64,000 bases of DNA from an uncultured Rickettsiales bacterium (GTDB lineage: Bacteria > Pseudomonadota > Alphaproteobacteria > Rickettsiales > SXRF01), in the NCBI GenBank assembly GCA_964645205.1, contig CAZYBO010000004.1, positions 177,623 through 241,622 on the forward strand. Direction: 5' to 3'. The notes below the pieces were generated by a model that was given only the letters and a program-made list of their open reading frames with translations, did not search any database and was not told where the DNA came from. Positions 26,749 to 35,089 of this stretch are shown here, piece by piece; the first letter of the stretch is position 1; the number at the start of each line of letters is the position of its first letter. The position numbers were made by a program, and so were the translations under genes.

Positions 26749-27935
26749 TCGCTTTTGAACGCCTGTATGCCGGTGATGGCGCGCCCGAGAATGAGCGCGT
26801 GGATGTCGTGCGTGCCCTCATAGGTGTTCACGCTCTCCAGATTCATCAGGTGGCGAATGACATGATACTCGTCGGAAATGCCGTTGCCGCCGTGCATGTC
26901 GCGCGCGATGCGGGCGATGTCGAGCGCTTTCCCGGCGGAGTTGCGCTTGATGATGGAGATCATGTCGGGGTGCGCCTTGCCTTCGTCAATCAGCCTTCCC
27001 ACACGCAGGCACGCCTGCAATGCAAGCGCGATGTCCACCATCATGTCGGCGAGTTTTTTCTGGATGAGCTGCGTGGCCGCCAGCGGCTTGCCGAACTGCT
27101 TGCGCTCGAGCGTATAGCCGCGCGCCGCCTGCATGCAGAATTCCGCGGCGCCCAACGCACCCCAGCCGATGCCGTAACGCGCCTTGTTCAAGCAGGAGAA
27201 CGGACCTTTCAGCCCCGATACGCCGGGCAGCATATTCTGCTCGGGCACGAACACTTCTTCCATGGCGATCATGCCGGTGGCGGAGGCGCGCAGGCTGAAT
27301 TTTCCTTCGATTTTAGGCGCGGACAGCCCCTTCATGCCTTTATCGAGGATGAAGCCCTTGATCGTGCCGTCTTCCGTGCCGGGAAGCCCGTACACTTTCG
27401 CCCAGACGACGAATACATGCGCGATGGGCGAGTTGGTGATCCAATTTTTCGCGCCGTTGAGCACGAAGCCGCCCGCAACTTTCTGCGCGCGCGTGATCAT
27501 CGCGCCGGGGTCGGAGCCATGGTCGGGTTCGGTGAGGCCGAAACAGCCGATTAGTTCGCCCTTGGCGAGTTTCGGCAGGTAGGCGTTTTTCTGCACGTCG
27601 GAACCGAAGGCGTAAATAGGGTGCATCACGAGGCTTGATTGCACCGAAAGCGCCGAGCGGTACCCCGAATCCACCCACTCCACTTCGCGGCAGATGAGGC
27701 CGGAGGCGACATGGCTCACGCCCGCGCAGCCATAGCCCTCGATGGTCGCACCGAACAATCCCAGCTCGCCCATCTCGCGCATGATGGCGGTATCGAATTT
27801 TTCGTGGCGGTTGGCTTCCAATACGCGTGGGAACAGCTTCTCGCGGGCGTACGCGCGCGCGCTGCCCTGCACCATGCGTTCCTCGTCGGTAAGCTGGTCA
27901 TTCAGGAGAAACGGGTCTTCCCAGTTGAAGCTCAT
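26745..27935 (-). CDS. gcdH: Acyl-CoA dehydrogenase, glutaryl-CoA dehydrogenase-like
   Basis: 396 aa: [20 protein letters not shown]...[14 protein letters not shown]...[18 protein letters not shown] is a typical GCDH-type ACAD. Confidence 0.85.
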   Translation of the reverse strand: MSFNWEDPFLLNDQLTDEERMVQGSARAYAREKLFPRVLEANRHEKFDTAIMREMGELGLFGATIEGYGCAGVSHVASGLICREVEWVDSGYRSALSVQSSLVMHPIYAFGSDVQKNAYLPKLAKGELIGCFGLTEPDHGSDPGAMITRAQKVAGGFVLNGAKNWITNSPIAHVFVVWAKVYGLPGTEDGTIKGFILDKGMKGLSAPKIEGKFSLRASATGMIAMEEVFVPEQNMLPGVSGLKGPFSCLNKARYGIGWGALGAAEFCMQAARGYTLERKQFGKPLAATQLIQKKLADMMVDIALALQACLRVGRLIDEGKAHPDMISIIKRNSAGKALDIARIARDMHGGNGISDEYHVIRHLMNLESVNTYEGTHDIHALILGRAITGIQAFKSE

Positions 27936-28168
27936 ACCAGCAGGTTCACGATCGTGCCGCGATCCCAGAACACGCCCTTGCGGAAGGCGGCCACTGCGCT
28001 GTTGATCAGCGTCTGCAGCGAGTCGGGGGCGGGAATATGGTTGACATGGGCACGTTTGGGGATAATGAGGTGGGCATCGTCGGCATTGGCCTGCCGCCTG
28101 TTGCGCTCGCCGGGCTTGCCCGTGTTGCCGGAAGGCACATTAATACGGTTGGGATTGATATGGATCAT
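27932..28168 (-). CDS. Hypothetical small protein (78 aa), translationally coupled to gcdH
   Basis: ATG start, and its stop overlaps the gcdH ATG (ATGA). Basic N-terminal half. No recognised motif. Confidence 0.45.
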   Translation of the reverse strand: MIHINPNRINVPSGNTGKPGERNRRQANADDAHLIIPKRAHVNHIPAPDSLQTLINSAVAAFRKGVFWDRGTIVNLLV

Positions 28169-28233
28169 AGGACGCGTCCTCAGATTACTGTAACGAACTG
28201 AGCTATACTGTATTATAGGAATGGACTCAACGC

Positions 28234-29055
28234 ATGTCTTTTATCGTCGCCGCTTTTTATCATTTTTTCGACTTCCCCGATTATGCCGCACAGCAGAAGC
28301 CGCTGCTTGCTCTGCTGAAGTCGCACGAGATTAAAGGCTCGCTGCTCATCGCTGCCGAGGGGATCAACGGCACGCTGTCGGGCACGCGTGAAAATATCGA
28401 TGCGGTGCTGCGGCACCTCAAAACCACCATCACTAAAAACGATTTCGAGCATAAGGAAAGCCTGTGCGAAACCCAGCCCTTCAGACGCGCCAAGGTACGC
28501 CTGAAGAAAGAAGTGATCTCGCTGGGCGAACCGGTTTCGCCCGCACGCACAGGTACCTATATAGATGCAAAGGACTGGAACGCGCTGATCGCCGATCCGG
28601 AGGTTACCGTGCTCGATTCGCGCAACAGCTATGAGGTGCATCTGGGAACGTTCGCGCGCGCCATCGACCCGGATATTAAAAATTTCAAGCAGCTCCCCGC
28701 CTTTGTGCACGAAACCCTCGACCCCGCGCGGCATAAAAAGATCGCCACCTTCTGCACCGGCGGCATACGCTGCGAGAAATTTTCAAGCTGGCTGCTCGAC
28801 CAAGGATTTTCTGAAGTTTACCAACTCAAAGGCGGCATCCTTAAATATCTCGAGGAAATTCCAGAAGCGCAAAGCGCATGGCAGGGCGAGTGCTATGTTT
28901 TCGACGAACGTGTCGCCGTCGGCCACGGGCTTGCCCCCTCTTCCACCGCAAGCATGTGCCGCGCATGCGGGCATGCGCTTACGCAAGACGACCGCAAAAG
29001 CCCTCTATATATAGAAGACAAGCAATGTGGCCTCTGCGCGAGCGGGAAAAACTAG
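28234..29055 (+). CDS. trhO: Rhodanese-domain tRNA uridine(34) hydroxylase (TrhO/YceA, UPF0176)
   Basis: MSFIVAAFYHFFDFPDY...IAAEGINGTLSG...FCTGGIRCEKFS (rhodanese active-site Cys loop), and a C-terminal CxxC...C cluster. Confidence 0.85.
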   Translation: MSFIVAAFYHFFDFPDYAAQQKPLLALLKSHEIKGSLLIAAEGINGTLSGTRENIDAVLRHLKTTITKNDFEHKESLCETQPFRRAKVRLKKEVISLGEPVSPARTGTYIDAKDWNALIADPEVTVLDSRNSYEVHLGTFARAIDPDIKNFKQLPAFVHETLDPARHKKIATFCTGGIRCEKFSSWLLDQGFSEVYQLKGGILKYLEEIPEAQSAWQGECYVFDERVAVGHGLAPSSTASMCRACGHALTQDDRKSPLYIEDKQCGLCASGKN

Positions 29056-29981
29056 CGGGATAATTTAGGCAGCGCGTTGGTGCCGGGAGTCGAAGGCGGC
29101 AGCAGCGGCTCACGCATCGGGATATCGAGCAGCGTATCGTCCTGCTTGAACGGCACATGAAAATCCTTCGGCAATTGCAGGCCGGGCTTGCTCATGTCAT
29201 GCGCGGCGAATGCCACGCCCACCGCCGGGCCGTAGTCTTTTACATTGAAATTCCATTCGCTTTTCGCAGATTCGATCCTTGAGATGAATTCGCTCACTTT
29301 TGCTTTTCCGAAAGAAACATCCAGCGTGTCGTGCGCCCTCTTTTTCTCGGCTTCGCTGAAGGGTTTTCCTAATCGGTTGCCTAAGATGCTGCCGAGATTA
29401 TACGTCCCCTGCCCCGCGATGGTAACGCTCGGCACATAGCGGGTTTCATAATCCGTCATCAAATAATCGCTGAGCATGCGAACGCCGCTGAAGCCGTTGG
29501 TGAACTGCGCGTTCTTCGCCATGGTGGAAGTGATATTCATGACGTCTATATTATTGAAAGCCTCATTTCCCGTCGTCAGGTTCACATAGACTGTGCCCTT
29601 GGGAAGTTCCGCATTCGCCACGCCCTGCCCCGAGCCGGAATGACATGAAGTTGAGAAGATTTCGAAGCGGTTGGTGCCGCACGCCTTGGTCAATGCCGCG
29701 AACAGGTCGGAGGCCGGGGTATCGCAGGCTCCCGTAAGCCCCACGACATGCTTGCCGTTTTTCACGCCGCCATGCATATGGGTAAACACCAGCATAGGCT
29801 CCTTGATCGCAGCGGCGGCTTTGCCGATTTCATCCAGCGTGATGGCGCGCCGCGAATCGCCTACGCTCACCAGCTTGGCGCCCGCATCGCGGAAATGCCC
29901 TTCGATGGTTTTCATCTCTTCGGGATTCAACGCCGTACCGCCGGGCCCTACGAGATAAAGTATGGTTTTGGGTTCTGCCAT
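29052..29981 (-). CDS. Hypothetical protein with caspase-like (clan CD, C14-like) His/Cys dyad motifs
   Basis: 309 aa, no signal peptide. LVFTHMHGG (His-Gly) lies about 44 residues before FSTSCHSGSG, which resembles the metacaspase D-[AS]-C-H-S-G motif. The C-terminal ~150 aa are unassigned. The stop shares the CTAG at 29052-29055 with trhO. Confidence 0.55.
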   Translation of the reverse strand: MAEPKTILYLVGPGGTALNPEEMKTIEGHFRDAGAKLVSVGDSRRAITLDEIGKAAAAIKEPMLVFTHMHGGVKNGKHVVGLTGACDTPASDLFAALTKACGTNRFEIFSTSCHSGSGQGVANAELPKGTVYVNLTTGNEAFNNIDVMNITSTMAKNAQFTNGFSGVRMLSDYLMTDYETRYVPSVTIAGQGTYNLGSILGNRLGKPFSEAEKKRAHDTLDVSFGKAKVSEFISRIESAKSEWNFNVKDYGPAVGVAFAAHDMSKPGLQLPKDFHVPFKQDDTLLDIPMREPLLPPSTPGTNALPKLSR

Positions 29982-30093
29982 GCGCCTTTACTTAATCAAA
30001 CTTAACGGATCGTAGCATAATTATACTTCCCCATCAAAGATTATGCACATGTTTGCACTTAGCTAACTGGTTGTGCAGGCTACTAAAGTCAAG

Positions 30094-30137
30094 TTATCCA
30101 CAGTTTTCACATAGGGGTAAAGCGCCACATATCCACA
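30094..30137 (+). promoter_or_regulatory. Two DnaA-box-like 9-mers upstream of nrdJ
   Basis: TTATCCACA at 30094-30102 is a perfect match to the E. coli-type consensus. ATATCCACA at 30129-30137 has one mismatch and the same orientation. Confidence 0.5.
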
Positions 30138-30179
30138 GCATCTAGTATAAAAAGCGGTGTCAAGCACAATATCTAGTTG
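30133..30179 (+). promoter_or_regulatory. Tandem NrdR-box-like palindromes
   Basis: CCACAGCATCTAGTAT (30133-30148, 11/16) and GCACAATATCTAGTTG (30164-30179, 12/16) compared with the consensus acaCwAtATaTwGtgt as I recall it. The 31-bp start-to-start spacing fits the roughly three-helical-turn spacing described for NrdR operators. Confidence 0.55.
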
Positions 30180-30347
30180 ATGACGTTATCCCGTAATGTT
30201 ACATTGCCTGACGATTCATTGATGGTTATGCACTACCCACCCCGCACGTCCATGTAGGTACTGCGAACGGGATTTTCGTCACCGCCGTGGATTGTCGATA
30301 CAGACACAAAAAAATGCGATAAACTATATATACAGGGGATACCAACC

Positions 30348-33300
30348 ATGCGCATAGAACGCCACTTTACCAAGGCCAGCCAGTCTGCGTACGACACCAT
30401 CGTATTCAAGAAAGTAGACGTGGTGATGAAAAACCCCGACGGATCGGCGGTGTTTGAAGCGCTGGGCGTGGAAGTGCCGGAGCAATGGTCGCAGGTGGCG
30501 TGCGACGTGCTGGCGCAGAAATATTTCCGCAAAGCGGGCGTGGCCGCAAAGCTCAAGAAAGTAGAAGAGAATGCCGTGCCGTCATGGTTATGGCGCAGCA
30601 TGCCCGACGAGGCGGCGCTGGAAAAATTACCCGTCGAAGAACGCTATATCGGCGAAGCCTCTTCCAAGCAGGTGTTCGACCGTCTGGCAGGTGCGTGGAC
30701 ATATTGGGGCTGGAAGGGCGGCTATTTCGATAAGGAAGACGACGCGCGCGCGTTCTACGATGAAATGCGCCACATGCTCGCCATGCAGATGGCCGCGCCC
30801 AATTCGCCGCAATGGTTCAACACCGGCCTTCACTGGGCGTATGGCATCGACGGCCCGAGTCAGGGACATTATTACGTCGATCCCGACAGCAAGAAACTCA
30901 CCAAATCCAAAAGCTCCTACGAGCGCCCGCAGCCGCATGCCTGCTTCATCCAGAGCGTGTCCGACGATCTGGTGAACGACGGCGGCATCATGGATTTATG
31001 GGAGCGCGAAGCGCGTCTCTTTAAATACGGTTCCGGTACCGGATCGAATTTCTCCGACCTGCGCGGCAACGGCGAACGTTTATCGGGCGGCGGAAAATCC
31101 TCCGGCCTGATGAGCTTCCTGAAAATCGGCGACCGCGCCGCGGGCGCCATCAAATCCGGCGGCACCACGCGCCGCGCCGCCAAGATGGTGGTGGTGGACA
31201 TCGACCATCCGGATATCGAGGATTTCATCAACTGGAAAGTGCTGGAAGAGCAGAAGGTGGCCGCACTCGTCACCGGCTCGAAGCTCTGCCGCAAATATCT
31301 CGGCGCGATCATGACCGCGTGCAACACCGGCGATACCGACGCACGCTTCAACCCGTCGGACAACCCGGCGCTGAAAAGCGCGATCCGCGACGCAAAGAAG
31401 TCGCTGATTCCTGAAAACTACATCCAGCGCATCATCCAGTTCGCGCGTCAGGGCTATACGAATCTTGAGTTCCCCGAATACGATACCGACTGGGATTCGG
31501 AAGCGTACCTTACCGTCTCCGGCCAGAACTCCAACAATTCCGTGCGTGTCACCAACGACTTCTTAGAAGCCGTCGAACAGGACAAGCAATGGCATTTGCT
31601 GCGCCGCAAGGACGGCAAAGTCGCAAAAACCATTCCGGCGCGTGCATTGTGGGACGAAGTGGCTTACGCGGCGTGGGCGTGCGCCGATCCCGGACTGCAA
31701 TACGATACCACCATCAACGAATGGCACACCTGCCCGGAATCCGGCCGTATCCGTGCGTCCAACCCGTGCTCGGAATATATGTTCTTAGACGATACGGCGT
31801 GCAATCTGGCCTCGATCAACCTGCTCAAGTTCAAGCGCCCGAACGCCCTGTTCGACATCAAATCGTTTGAATACGCCTCGCGCCTGTGGACGATCGTGCT
31901 GGAAATTTCGGTGGCGATGGCGCAGTTCCCCTCCAAGGAAATCGCCCGCCTGTCCTATGAATTCCGCACGCTCGGCCTCGGCTACGCCAATATCGGCGGG
32001 CTGCTGATGGCGTCTGGCATTGCGTATGACAGCTTGGAAGGCCGCGCGATTTCGGCGGCGATCTCGGCGATCATGACCGGCGTGTCCTATGCAACCTCGG
32101 CGGAAATGGCCAAGGAACTGGGTGCGTTCGACGGCTACGAGCTCAACAAAAAACCAATGATGCGCGTGATGAAAAACCATCGCCGCGCCGCGCTCGGCGA
32201 CATTGACGGCTACGAGGATCTCTCTATCCTCCCCGTGCCGTTGGACATCGACCATTGTACGGACAAAGCGCTGGTGAAAGCTGCGAAAAAAGCATGGGAC
32301 ACCGCCATCATGCTCGGCGAGCAATACGGTTACCGTAACGCGCAGGCCACCTGCATCGCTCCCACCGGCACGATCGGGCTGGTGATGGATTGCGACACCA
32401 CCGGCATCGAGCCCGATTTCGCGCTGGTGAAATTCAAGAAGCTCGCCGGCGGCGGGTACTTCAAGATCATTAACCAGCAAGTGCCCGAAGCGCTGAAAGC
32501 ACTGGGCTACACGCAGAAACAGATTCAGGAGATCGACGCCTACGCAGTCGGTCGCGGCACGCTGAAAGACGCGCCCGGCGTCAACCATGCTGCACTGCGC
32601 GCCAAAGGATTCGACGACGACGCGCTCGCCAAGATCGAAAAATCGCTGGCGTCGGCGTTTGAAATCAAGTTCGCGTTCAACAAGTGGAGCCTAGGCGAAG
32701 AGTTCTGCAAGGCCAAGCTCGGCCTCACTGAAGCGCAGCTCAACGATTTCAGCTTCGACATGCTCATCGCGCTCGGATTCACGCGTGCGGACATCGACGC
32801 CGCCAACGAATATTGCTGCGGCACGATGACCTTGGAAGGCGCTCCCCACCTGAAGGACGAGCATCTGCCGGTGTTCGACTGCGCCAACCCGTGCGGCAAA
32901 AAAGGCACTCGCTTCTTGTCTGCGGAAAGCCATATCCGCATGATGGCCGCCGTGCAGCCCTACATTTCCGGCGCGATCTCCAAGACGATCAATATGCCCA
33001 ATTCGGCCACCGTTGAAGAGTGCAAGGACGCCTATGTATTGTCGTGGAAACTCTGCCTGAAAGCCAACGCGCTCTATCGCGACGGCAGCAAGCTGTCGCA
33101 GCCGCTCAACGCCGCCATCGCCGCCGAATTGTCGGTGGATGCCGATGACGATGTGAAGCAGGAAGAGCTGCGCACGCTGCGTTCGCCGCAAGTAATCGCG
33201 GAGCGCATCGTGGAACGTATCTATCAGGCCGAACGTTCGCGCCTGCCGGAACGCCGCAAGGGGTATACGCAAAAAGCATCCGTCGGCGGGCATAAGGTAT

Positions 33301-34043
33301 ATCTGCGCACCGGCGAATATGAAAGCGGCAAGCTCGGCGAAATCTTCGTCGACATGCACAAGGAAGGCGCCGCCTTCCGCTCGCTGATGAACAATTTCGC
33401 CATCGCGGTATCCATCGGCCTGCAATACGGCGTGCCGCTGGAGGAGTTTGTCGATGCGTTCACCTTCACGCGCTTCGATCCGTCGGGCATGGTCGAAGGC
33501 AACGAGGCGATCAAGATGTCCACCTCGATCCTCGACTATATTTTCCGCGAACTGGCGATCTCCTATCTTGGCCGCCACGACCTCGCGCATGTGGAAATCG
33601 GCGATCTCCGCTCCGACTCCATCGGACGCGGCGACGGCGATTCCATCCACGCCCATGACGACCAGCCGGAACTGCCGCAACTGTTCAACAAAGCCACCAG
33701 CAACGGCTTCGTGCGCGGCAAGCTCTATGTCGTCTCCAACAACAAACCGACTTCGGCACCCGCAACCGCGCACGCGCACGGCACGCAGACCGTAGGCAGC
33801 CTCGCGCTCGCCACCGACCATGAAACCAAAGCGTATGTCCATGCCGAGCAGGACAATGTCACGGTAAAAATCGGCGTATCAGTACAGAGCAGCGAAGTAA
33901 GCGGCCTGCGCGAAAAAATCCGCGAAGCGAAAGCCAAAGGCTACGAAGGCGACGCCTGCACGGAATGCGCGAATTTCACGCTGGTGCGCAACGGCACCTG
34001 CATGAAGTGCGATACGTGCGGTAGCACCAGCGGCTGTTCGTGA
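30348..34043 (+). CDS. nrdJ: Class II (adenosylcobalamin-dependent) ribonucleoside-diphosphate reductase
   Basis: 1231 aa: [10 protein letters not shown], active-site [18 protein letters not shown], and the Cys-rich C-terminal tail [28 protein letters not shown] typical of long alphaproteobacterial NrdJ. Confidence 0.93.
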   Translation: MRIERHFTKASQSAYDTIVFKKVDVVMKNPDGSAVFEALGVEVPEQWSQVACDVLAQKYFRKAGVAAKLKKVEENAVPSWLWRSMPDEAALEKLPVEERYIGEASSKQVFDRLAGAWTYWGWKGGYFDKEDDARAFYDEMRHMLAMQMAAPNSPQWFNTGLHWAYGIDGPSQGHYYVDPDSKKLTKSKSSYERPQPHACFIQSVSDDLVNDGGIMDLWEREARLFKYGSGTGSNFSDLRGNGERLSGGGKSSGLMSFLKIGDRAAGAIKSGGTTRRAAKMVVVDIDHPDIEDFINWKVLEEQKVAALVTGSKLCRKYLGAIMTACNTGDTDARFNPSDNPALKSAIRDAKKSLIPENYIQRIIQFARQGYTNLEFPEYDTDWDSEAYLTVSGQNSNNSVRVTNDFLEAVEQDKQWHLLRRKDGKVAKTIPARALWDEVAYAAWACADPGLQYDTTINEWHTCPESGRIRASNPCSEYMFLDDTACNLASINLLKFKRPNALFDIKSFEYASRLWTIVLEISVAMAQFPSKEIARLSYEFRTLGLGYANIGGLLMASGIAYDSLEGRAISAAISAIMTGVSYATSAEMAKELGAFDGYELNKKPMMRVMKNHRRAALGDIDGYEDLSILPVPLDIDHCTDKALVKAAKKAWDTAIMLGEQYGYRNAQATCIAPTGTIGLVMDCDTTGIEPDFALVKFKKLAGGGYFKIINQQVPEALKALGYTQKQIQEIDAYAVGRGTLKDAPGVNHAALRAKGFDDDALAKIEKSLASAFEIKFAFNKWSLGEEFCKAKLGLTEAQLNDFSFDMLIALGFTRADIDAANEYCCGTMTLEGAPHLKDEHLPVFDCANPCGKKGTRFLSAESHIRMMAAVQPYISGAISKTINMPNSATVEECKDAYVLSWKLCLKANALYRDGSKLSQPLNAAIAAELSVDADDDVKQEELRTLRSPQVIAERIVERIYQAERSRLPERRKGYTQKASVGGHKVYLRTGEYESGKLGEIFVDMHKEGAAFRSLMNNFAIAVSIGLQYGVPLEEFVDAFTFTRFDPSGMVEGNEAIKMSTSILDYIFRELAISYLGRHDLAHVEIGDLRSDSIGRGDGDSIHAHDDQPELPQLFNKATSNGFVRGKLYVVSNNKPTSAPATAHAHGTQTVGSLALATDHETKAYVHAEQDNVTVKIGVSVQSSEVSGLREKIREAKAKGYEGDACTECANFTLVRNGTCMKCDTCGSTSGCS

Positions 34044-34051
34044 GATTATCC

Positions 34052-34109
34052 TTGTCATCCTGAGCGCAGCGAAGGACATTAATATCCCTCGCTCCGTTCA
34101 GGATGACAG
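34052..34109. repeat. REP/MITE-like inverted repeat (TTGTCATCCTGAGCG... family); probable nrdJ terminator
   Basis: TTGTCATCCTGAGCGCAGCGAAGGAC (34052-34077) pairs with TCCCTCGCTCCGTTCAGGATGACAG (34086-34109). It starts 9 nt after the nrdJ stop and overlaps the first ATG of the next gene. Confidence 0.75.
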
Positions 34110-35026
34110 TTATGAAAACCTTCATCGAAAATCACTTCGGCTTCGTGCTCGTCCTGTCCTGCTTTGCGGGGCTTGTGGTTCCCGGACTGCCTTCCCTCCC
34201 GGATAATTCGGCGATCATTACGCTGGCGATGCTTACCTTCGTGTCGTGCTACCGGCTGCACGAGGGCGGATTTTCTGCGATTGCGTGGCGCGATGTCGGG
34301 TTATTTTGTATCCTTCGTTACATGCTCCTACCACTGGCATTGTGGGCGCTCGCACTGCTGGTTGCACCTGATTACGCGATGGGCATTTTCCTGCTTGCGC
34401 TGCTGCCGTCGGCGGTATCCAGCCCGGCATTTTGCACCATGTTCGGCGGGCGCGTGCCTAATGCGTTTGCCATCGTCGTTATCAGCACGCTGGCTTCGCC
34501 GCTACTCATTCCGCTGCAATTCGCGCTGATCGGCAGCGCGCAGATTGCGCCCTCCCCGCTACCCTTATTCGCCACACTCGCATGGTGCGTGTTCGCACCG
34601 ATGATCGTGTCCGCGCTGGTGCGCAAACAACGCGCGCTGGCCGGGTTTATCAACGGCAACCACAAGATGCTGTCGATAGTGCTGGTGGCCTTCATCATTG
34701 CCCTGGTCATCGCCAAGCAGCGCGAGCTGATCCTCGGCAATCTCGCCGGGTTGCTTGCACCTTTTACTATCGTGCTGCTGTGTTTCGCGTCGTTCATTTT
34801 CGCAGGTTTATTATTCGGCGCGAAAAAGCCGCGTGAGGAGCGCGTCACCTATGCCGTATGTTCCGGCTTCAATAATGCGGCGATGGGCGTGAGCCTTGCT
34901 CTGGTGCACTTCTCGCCGCAGGTGGTTTTATTCGTGGCCGTCAGCGAAATGGGTTGGGCGCTGCTGCCGTTGATGATGCGGGTGATGCTCAGGCCTTTGT
35001 CATCCCTGCGAAAGCAGGGATCTTAA
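34103..35026 (+). CDS. Bile acid:sodium symporter (BASS/SBF-like) family transporter
   Basis: 307 aa with about 9-10 TM segments. The general sequence is SBF-like (...LLALLPSAVSSPAFCTMFGG...YAVCSGFNNAAMGVSLA). The start is either ATG 34103 or ATG 34112. The last ~9 codons are encoded by a REP element. Confidence 0.6.
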   Translation: MTVMKTFIENHFGFVLVLSCFAGLVVPGLPSLPDNSAIITLAMLTFVSCYRLHEGGFSAIAWRDVGLFCILRYMLLPLALWALALLVAPDYAMGIFLLALLPSAVSSPAFCTMFGGRVPNAFAIVVISTLASPLLIPLQFALIGSAQIAPSPLPLFATLAWCVFAPMIVSALVRKQRALAGFINGNHKMLSIVLVAFIIALVIAKQRELILGNLAGLLAPFTIVLLCFASFIFAGLLFGAKKPREERVTYAVCSGFNNAAMGVSLALVHFSPQVVLFVAVSEMGWALLPLMMRVMLRPLSSLRKQGS

Positions 35027-35070
35027 ACTACAAAATAGAGAATGGATTCCTGCGTACGCAGGAATGACAA
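34998..35070. repeat. Inverted pair of REP-like hairpin units (TTGTCATYCCTGCG-N3-GCAGGRATC family)
   Basis: Unit 1 is TGTCATCCCTGCGAAAGCAGGGATC (34998-35022). Unit 2 is GGATTCCTGCGTACGCAGGAATGACAA (35044-35070), the reverse complement of the same motif. Each unit is itself a hairpin. Confidence 0.75.
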
Positions 35071-35089
35071 GAATAAAAGCGATGGTGTA

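Noticed and set aside
29992-30006. CtrA-type site TTAA-N-TTAAC between the caspase-like gene and nrdJ
   Set aside because: The spacer is 6 nt, not the required 7.
30094-30137. Replication origin, suggested by the DnaA boxes
   Set aside because: There are only two boxes, no AT-rich DUE repeats, and no dnaA/hemE/parAB context. Promoter regulation of nrdJ is the simpler explanation.
29982-30347. Cobalamin riboswitch in the long nrdJ leader
   Set aside because: No B12-box-like sequence (rAGYCMGgAgaCCkGCc) is visible. As far as I recall, B12 riboswitches are associated with the B12-independent RNR classes rather than with NrdJ.
32691-33842. 383-aa minus-strand ORF inside nrdJ, together with similar long antisense ORFs at 2075-3073, 3579-4439, 9124-10606, 17440-18042, 22562-23458, 31785-32588, 46117-47058, 48667-49347, 54115-54780 and 59187-59987
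   Set aside because: All are antisense to genes with strong family signatures and show the typical GC-rich antisense amino-acid bias. None has a plausible RBS or a recognisable motif.
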